In this document: positions 58,771 through 64,000 of the stretch, piece by piece | How the letters are laid out: each line of letters begins with the position of its first letter | How positions within the stretch are numbered: position 1 is the stretch's first letter | Assembly (NCBI GenBank): GCA_044227265.1 | Contig: JBGAFL010000004.1 | Coordinates: 28,368 to 92,367, forward strand | DNA from: Methylobacterium sp. | Lineage (GTDB): Bacteria > Pseudomonadota > Alphaproteobacteria > Rhizobiales > Beijerinckiaceae | Direction of reading: 5' to 3' | DNA length: 64,000 bases | The notes under the pieces: generated by a model | The model's input: only the letters and a program-made list of their open reading frames with translations | What the model was told of the DNA's origin: nothing | Databases searched by the model: none | Program-made: the position numbers and the translations under genes

Positions 58771-60060
58771 TCAGCGCAAGTCCGTGCTGGTCGCGTCGGT
58801 TTCCTTGACGTCCTTCGACCGGTTCCCGACGGGCGCGGCGGTCCTGTCGGTCCTGAACGCGGTTCCGGTACGGGCCAGGTTTTCTCCATACGCGAACAGG
58901 GCCTTCATGTAGTCCTGGTCGAACGGGCCGGAGGATGCCTTGTTGAAGCGCTGATCGATGATCGCGAGCCGAAGATCGATGCCGGTCCGTTTCGCGAAGG
59001 ACTGGGTCAGCGCGAGCGCCGCCTGGGTCTGCGCCTTGATCGCGCCCGACATCGTGCGGCCGAGCACGCCGAGGACCGAGCGCGGCGCGAGGCCGAATTC
59101 CGGATCGAGCCGGTTGTTGACGATCAGGTAGACGGTCCGCGTCGGCAGGTCGAAACTCTTTCCGTCCTCACCCGCGATCGCTGAGGCGGGCGCGAGGTAG
59201 AACGGCGCCATCGCGCCGCCATCGTCATGCATTTCCTGGAAGACCTTGCCGTTCTGGCCGACCGCATCGATCATCACCGGCGGAAACACGCCGGGAATGG
59301 CCGTCGAGGCCAGGATGACCTCGCGGAACAGCTTGAGCGCCTTGTCGCCGTAGCGTTTGGCCTCCGGCCCCGAGGCCAGGCTCGCGATCGCGCCCATGTC
59401 CCAGACGGTCGCGCGTTCGGAATCGACGAGCGTGGTGGCAACGAGGAGCCGTCGGCCCTTCGCATGCTCCGCTGCGACCGCGCGTAGCAGGTCGGGCGTG
59501 ACGAATTGGTCGATGCGGGCCTTGAGCGGCCAGCTATCGGTCAACGCGGCTTTGGTCCCGCCAAACTCGAACACGTCGGCGGCGGTAATCTCGGTATAGT
59601 TCCGCTTCAGCTCCGCATCGGCGCTCGGGCCGACGAAGGCGAAGGGCGCGATCAACGCGCCGGTGCTGACGCCGGTGATCACGCCGAAATCCGGACGATT
59701 GCCGGCCTGCGTCCATCCGCTCAAGATGCCGGCGGCAAAAGCTCCGTTCTCGCCGCCACCGGAGAGAACGAGCCACGGCGCGGAAGCCAACGAGGCGCTA
59801 TCCACCACGTTCTGAAACGCAGCGCGATCATCGCCATAGAACCGCAATGGGCCCGGCAGCCCCTCGGGCTTCGCGGTCGCGACGTCGGCGGCGGTGAAGT
59901 CGGCGCGTTCGTCAGAGCCCGGCTTCGTCTTCTCGACCTTCGCCTGCTTTTCGGAATGCCGCGGCCAGGAAGAAGCGGCGCTTGCGGGAAGCCCTTGCGC
60001 AGCGATCAATCCGGCAAGCGCGAAGCAGGTGCAGATCACCCGCGTGACGGATGGTGTCAT
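58771..60060 (-). CDS. Exported patatin-like phospholipase
   Basis: SGGGENGAF, GVSTG, ASTAIPGVFPP and DDGG; N-terminal signal-like segment. Confidence 0.9.
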   Translation of the reverse strand: MTPSVTRVICTCFALAGLIAAQGLPASAASSWPRHSEKQAKVEKTKPGSDERADFTAADVATAKPEGLPGPLRFYGDDRAAFQNVVDSASLASAPWLVLSGGGENGAFAAGILSGWTQAGNRPDFGVITGVSTGALIAPFAFVGPSADAELKRNYTEITAADVFEFGGTKAALTDSWPLKARIDQFVTPDLLRAVAAEHAKGRRLLVATTLVDSERATVWDMGAIASLASGPEAKRYGDKALKLFREVILASTAIPGVFPPVMIDAVGQNGKVFQEMHDDGGAMAPFYLAPASAIAGEDGKSFDLPTRTVYLIVNNRLDPEFGLAPRSVLGVLGRTMSGAIKAQTQAALALTQSFAKRTGIDLRLAIIDQRFNKASSGPFDQDYMKALFAYGENLARTGTAFRTDRTAAPVGNRSKDVKETDATSTDLR

Positions 60061-60250
60061 GGACGGCACGCCTTTAACGATGCCCTCCTCGCCCTGGCAA
60101 CGCCAGGCCTTGGTACGGGTTCCTCGTTTGACAGGTCCGAGCACGGCACCGCGGTCGATGCGGTGCGCGAGCGCACGGCCCCGAGCATAGTCCCATGACT
60201 CACGAACACGACGGCATGCTGACACCCTGGCGGCCGCTCGCAGGCGATTC

Positions 60251-60280
60251 AGCCAAGTGGTTCGTGAGCCAAGTGGTTCG
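60251..60280. promoter_or_regulatory. Perfect 14-bp direct repeat upstream of mcl
   Basis: AGCCAAGTGGTTCG-TG-AGCCAAGTGGTTCG. Confidence 0.5.
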
Positions 60281-60363
60281 GAAGGCTTTGCGCTGAGCCG
60301 GCCATTGCACTAACCGGGCGATGATTCTTCCATGATTGACGCGATCCGGAGCTCGATTCCCTC

Positions 60364-61413
60364 ATGAAACTGCCGCGCCGATTCTTCCAGCCGCTCGCCA
60401 CTGGGGCGCCAAACCCGTTCCGCGAGCTTCCGGTCAAGCTCGAGCGCATGATCCATTTCGTGCCTCCGCATATCGAAAAAGTCCGCGCCCGCGTGAAGGA
60501 CCTCGCGGCAACCGTCGACGTGGTGCTCGGCAACCTCGAGGACGCGGTTCCGGCCGATCAGAAGGAGGCGGCGCGCAAGGGCTTCATCGCCATGGGCAAG
60601 GAGGTCGATTTCGCCTCGACCGGCACCGGCCTCTGGACCCGGATCAACGCGCTCAATTCGCCCTGGATTCTCGACGACCTGTTCGAGGTCGTCGCCGCCA
60701 TCGGCAACAAGCTCGACGTGGTGATGGTCCCGAAGGTCGAAGGGCCTTGGGACATCCACTATATCGACCAGCTCCTTGCCCAGCTCGAAGCGCGGCACGG
60801 CGTCACCAAGCCGATCCTCGTCCACGCGATCCTGGAAACGGCCGAGGGCGTCGCCAATGTCGATGCCATCGCCTCGGCTTCGCCCCGCATGCATGGCATG
60901 AGCCTCGGGCCGGCCGATCTCGCGGCCTCGCGCGGCATGAAGACCACGCGCGTCGGCGGCGGCCATCCCGAATACCGCGTCATCGCCGACCCCAAGGGCG
61001 ATGCCGAGCGCATCAGCGCCCAGCAGGACCTCTGGCACTACACCATTGCCCGCATGGTCGATGCCTGTTCGGCCAACGGCATCAAGGCCTTCTATGGACC
61101 GTTCGGCGATTTCTCGGATTCGGCGGCCTGCGAGGTCCAGTTCCGCAACGCCTTCCTGATGGGCTGCGCCGGCGCCTGGACGCTGCATCCGAGTCAGGTC
61201 GCCCTCGCCAAGACGGTGTTCGCGCCGGACCCGGCCGAAGTCGCCTTCGCGGTCAAGATCGTCCAGGCGATGCCGGACGGGACCGGCGCCGTGATGATCG
61301 ACGGCAAGATGCAGGACGATGCAACCTGGAAGCAGGCCAAGGTCATCGTCGACCTCGCCAAGCTGGTCTCCGAAAAGGATCCGGACCTGGCGAAGGTCTA
61401 CAATCTGCCCTGA
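60364..61413 (+). CDS. mcl: CitE/HpcH-family CoA ester lyase, malyl-CoA/beta-methylmalyl-CoA lyase-like
   Basis: [52 protein letters not shown] and DDATWKQ. Confidence 0.85.
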   Translation: MKLPRRFFQPLATGAPNPFRELPVKLERMIHFVPPHIEKVRARVKDLAATVDVVLGNLEDAVPADQKEAARKGFIAMGKEVDFASTGTGLWTRINALNSPWILDDLFEVVAAIGNKLDVVMVPKVEGPWDIHYIDQLLAQLEARHGVTKPILVHAILETAEGVANVDAIASASPRMHGMSLGPADLAASRGMKTTRVGGGHPEYRVIADPKGDAERISAQQDLWHYTIARMVDACSANGIKAFYGPFGDFSDSAACEVQFRNAFLMGCAGAWTLHPSQVALAKTVFAPDPAEVAFAVKIVQAMPDGTGAVMIDGKMQDDATWKQAKVIVDLAKLVSEKDPDLAKVYNLP

Positions 61414-61470
61414 TCCAGGCGCAGAACTCGCCGCAGTGACAGCCCGAACGGGCGGGCGTATTCTGACGCG

Positions 61471-61821
61471 ATGGGCGACGATATGACCGAAACGCCGATC
61501 AGACGCGCGAAATTCAACCTCGGTGCCGTGGTCCGGCACCGGATCTATCCGTTCCGCGGCGTCGTTTTCGACGTCGATCCGGAATTCGCGAATACCGAGG
61601 ATTGGTGGCTGGCCATTCCGGAAGAGATCAGGCCGCGCAAGGACCAGCCCTTCTACCACCTGCTCGCGGAGAATGCGGACAGCGAGTACATCGCCTATGT
61701 CTCGGAGCAGAACCTCGTGAGCGACACCTCTGGCGAGGCGCTGCGCCATGCCGGCATCTCAGACGTGTTCGAGCGGGATCCGAACGGCTCGTACAAGATG
61801 CGGGCTGTGCACGCGAACTGA
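61471..61821 (+). CDS. hspQ: Heat shock protein HspQ (hemimethylated-DNA-binding YccV-like)
   Basis: AKFNLGAVVRHRIYPFRGVVFDVDPEF, QPFYHLLAEN and YVSEQNL. Confidence 0.93.
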   Translation: MGDDMTETPIRRAKFNLGAVVRHRIYPFRGVVFDVDPEFANTEDWWLAIPEEIRPRKDQPFYHLLAENADSEYIAYVSEQNLVSDTSGEALRHAGISDVFERDPNGSYKMRAVHAN

Positions 61822-61850
61822 CGCGCGTCGGCAAAGAATAGTCTCGAATT

Positions 61851-61882
61851 GAAAAAGGCCGGGCGATTGCCCGGCCTTTTTC
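61851..61882. terminator. Bidirectional intrinsic terminator
   Basis: GAAAAAGGCCGGGC-GATT-GCCCGGCCTTTTTC between the convergent hspQ and ialB genes. Confidence 0.85.
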
Positions 61883-62030
61883 GTGTCTCGACGGAAAATG
61901 GCGGTCGCGGATGAGATCTGAGGCAGCGACGTCAGCCAGGCCCTTGCCGAGATTTCCGCCGCGTCTGGCGCCGCGCGAAAATCTCGACCTCAGGCGATGC
62001 CCGGGCGCGTCGGGGCGCCCGGACCGTGCG

Positions 62031-62834
62031 TTACTTCGGAGGTGCTGCGCTCGCGGCCGGCGCAGTCGCCCCGGTCGCCCCGGTCGTGCCGCCCTGCTGC
62101 TTCTCGAGATTCTTGCGCATCTCGTCGCTGCGCTTCTCGAGTTCGGCCTGGAGCTTCTTCTGCTGCTCCTCGAGCACCTTCGGATCGATCGCCGGACCAT
62201 CGAAAGCCTTGCCGAAGCCGGCGACCGGCACGGCGAAGATGACTTCCTTCTGGGTCTGGTTCTGCACGGCGATGTTGAGGGTGGTGCCCTTCTTCAGCGC
62301 GGCAATGAACTCATTCGTGACGCCGCCCGCCTCGGCAAAGCAGCCGTTGGGGAAGCAGACCGCGAACCGGCCCGCCGTCAGCTGATTGCCGTCGACGTTG
62401 AAGCGGATGCCGGGAGCGAGCATCAACCCGAGCGGGAGCAGGTAGCGTACGACCTTCACTTCCTGCTTCTGCGCCGCGTTCTTCATGTCGTAGACGGCGA
62501 CCGCGAGCACCGGCTGCCCGGTATCGGACACGAAATCGCGCGTCGTGTAGCAAACGTCGGTTCCCGAATTGTTGTCCTTGCCGCAGACCTTGGTCCAATC
62601 GGCCTGGCTCGGCTCGGACTTGACGTTGATCGTCTGCGGGCCGGCCGCCGACTGAGCGGCGTTCGGCTGGGCCGGCGCGGGCGCGGGCGCGGCAGGCTGG
62701 GCCGGTGCCGGCGCGGCGGCCGCGGGCTTCTTGGCCTCGGCAAAAGCCGGACTCGCGAGGCCGGCCCCAAGACCCGCCAAGGCGAGAAGCGCTGTCATGC
62801 GCAGCGCGCGTGCGGGACGGTTGGCATCAAACAT
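62031..62834 (-). CDS. Invasion-associated locus B (IalB) family exported protein
   Basis: Signal peptide, Pro/Ala linker, WTKVCGK..CYT, LPLGLML.PG, CFPNGCFAE and GFGKAFDGP. Confidence 0.9.
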   Translation of the reverse strand: MFDANRPARALRMTALLALAGLGAGLASPAFAEAKKPAAAAPAPAQPAAPAPAPAQPNAAQSAAGPQTINVKSEPSQADWTKVCGKDNNSGTDVCYTTRDFVSDTGQPVLAVAVYDMKNAAQKQEVKVVRYLLPLGLMLAPGIRFNVDGNQLTAGRFAVCFPNGCFAEAGGVTNEFIAALKKGTTLNIAVQNQTQKEVIFAVPVAGFGKAFDGPAIDPKVLEEQQKKLQAELEKRSDEMRKNLEKQQGGTTGATGATAPAASAAPPK

Positions 62835-63297
62835 CGGCTTCCAGACCCCTTCGAAGAATTCCATGGCGCCTCGCCTGAGACGCGGCTTCAGTTGCTCTGT
62901 GCGACTGCCGAAGGCAGCTGAGCCGGCACGATCCAGCATGCGGCCCTGTGCGGAGCGCTAGACCCTTCGCCAGCTCTGCGGACGGCCGTGCGCACTCGAA
63001 CGATTGCGGCGTCTGCATCCGTGTTGAATGCGGCGAACGCGTGACGGCTGCGCCGTATGCAATACAGCGCGGCAATCGGCAACGGCTTTTCGGGCGCAAA
63101 CATCCCGATCGGCGCTCCGGCGCGACGTCACGTCTTCGTCACATCGGGAGCGGCCCGGTTCAATACCGAACACTTTGCCGCTGCACGTGGAATTGGCGAT
63201 TGACAGAGGCGGTCGCAAACGCTTCGAGAGCCCCGACACGGTCTGGCGCCACGCTGGTGCCGAGAGGCGCCGAGAGACGACGCATGGGGCCGAATAG

Positions 63298-64000
63298 ATG
63301 AGCGACGCGCGCGGAGCCGATCTGCAGCCGCTTTCGCTGAAACCCTGGACGCAGGTCGCGATCGTCGTCGCATTGGCGGCGGGAGCGGCCTACGCCTTCT
63401 GGTACCAGGAATCGGTCACGGTTGGTAAGGAAAACACTCCGCCGCAGCAGAGCTCGGTCGCCCCAGCGAAAGGTAGCTTCGTCCTCACCGCAGACCAGCT
63501 CGCGACCCTGACGACGGAGGTCGTCGTAACGCACCAGTTCTCCGAAGAAATCCTGACGGAAGGGAAAATCGGCGTCGACGAATATCGCTCGACGCCAGTG
63601 TTCTCACCCTATCCGGGCCGCGTCGTCACGATCTTCGCCCGCACCGGCGACCAAGTGAAGCAGGGTGAAAAGCTGTTCTCCGTCCAGGCCAATGAGATGG
63701 TCCAGGCGCAGAACGACTATCTCGCGGCGCTCAACATCCTGAACAAGGCACGCTCGCAGTTCAATTTCGCGCAAGCTGCCGAGAGGCGCCAGCGCGAACT
63801 CTACGACAATCGGGTCACGACCTTACGCGAATTGCAGGTCGTCCAGAACGACCTGACCTCGGCGACGAACGATCTGCGAACAGCCGAAGTCGGCCTCGAA
63901 GCCGTCCGCAACCGGCTGCGCATTCTCGGCCTGAAAGATGCTGACATGACCGCGCTCGCGCAGAAGGGCGTCATCAACCCGGAAACCACGATCAACGCCC
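63298..64000 (+). CDS. RND efflux periplasmic adaptor (CzcB/CusB-like), 3'-truncated
   Basis: Read manually because it is absent from the ORF track: MSDARGAD..., an N-terminal TM, TPVFSPYPGRVV, GDQVKQGEKLF and a coiled-coil hairpin; the frame stays open to the window end. Confidence 0.88.
   Translation, partial: MSDARGADLQPLSLKPWTQVAIVVALAAGAAYAFWYQESVTVGKENTPPQQSSVAPAKGSFVLTADQLATLTTEVVVTHQFSEEILTEGKIGVDEYRSTPVFSPYPGRVVTIFARTGDQVKQGEKLFSVQANEMVQAQNDYLAALNILNKARSQFNFAQAAERRQRELYDNRVTTLRELQVVQNDLTSATNDLRTAEVGLEAVRNRLRILGLKDADMTALAQKGVINPETTINA

Overview
GC-rich alphaproteobacterial chromosome segment; the gene content resembles Methylobacteriaceae or related methylotrophs. The core backbone comprises lepA, an opp ABC cluster, tRNA-Lys, tgt, queA, lipB, tRNA-Leu, mazG, pabB/A/C, rimO, pncA, qor, ubiH-like, mcl, hspQ and ialB. 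Accessory blocks interrupt it. (i) Behind lepA sit an MNT-HEPN toxin-antitoxin pair and a 1202-aa NLR-like protein (alpha/beta-hydrolase + STAND NTPase + about ten 46-aa TPRs). (ii) A KaiC-like ATPase/HWE-kinase operon carries an EcfG-like promoter. (iii) A ~15-kb methylamine island downstream of tRNA-Lys contains a resolvase relic, an XRE-cupin regulator, mauFBEDACJG(L)MN, a divergent GmaS/GlnT and a beta-barrel porin. (iv) A Ca-type PQQ alcohol dehydrogenase (exaA) locus includes an AgmR-like regulator, a pentapeptide protein, cytochrome c550, two small Cys-containing exported proteins and cytochrome b561. (v) A coiled-coil/winged-helix orphan gene has a promoter region packed with GGAAT/ATTCC half-sites and palindromes. 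Several genes carry lesions: an in-frame deletion in tgt, two nonsense codons in ltrA, a frameshift in a deaminase gene and a 14-bp duplication in an NTF2-like gene. All calls come from manual motif recognition; no database searches were run.
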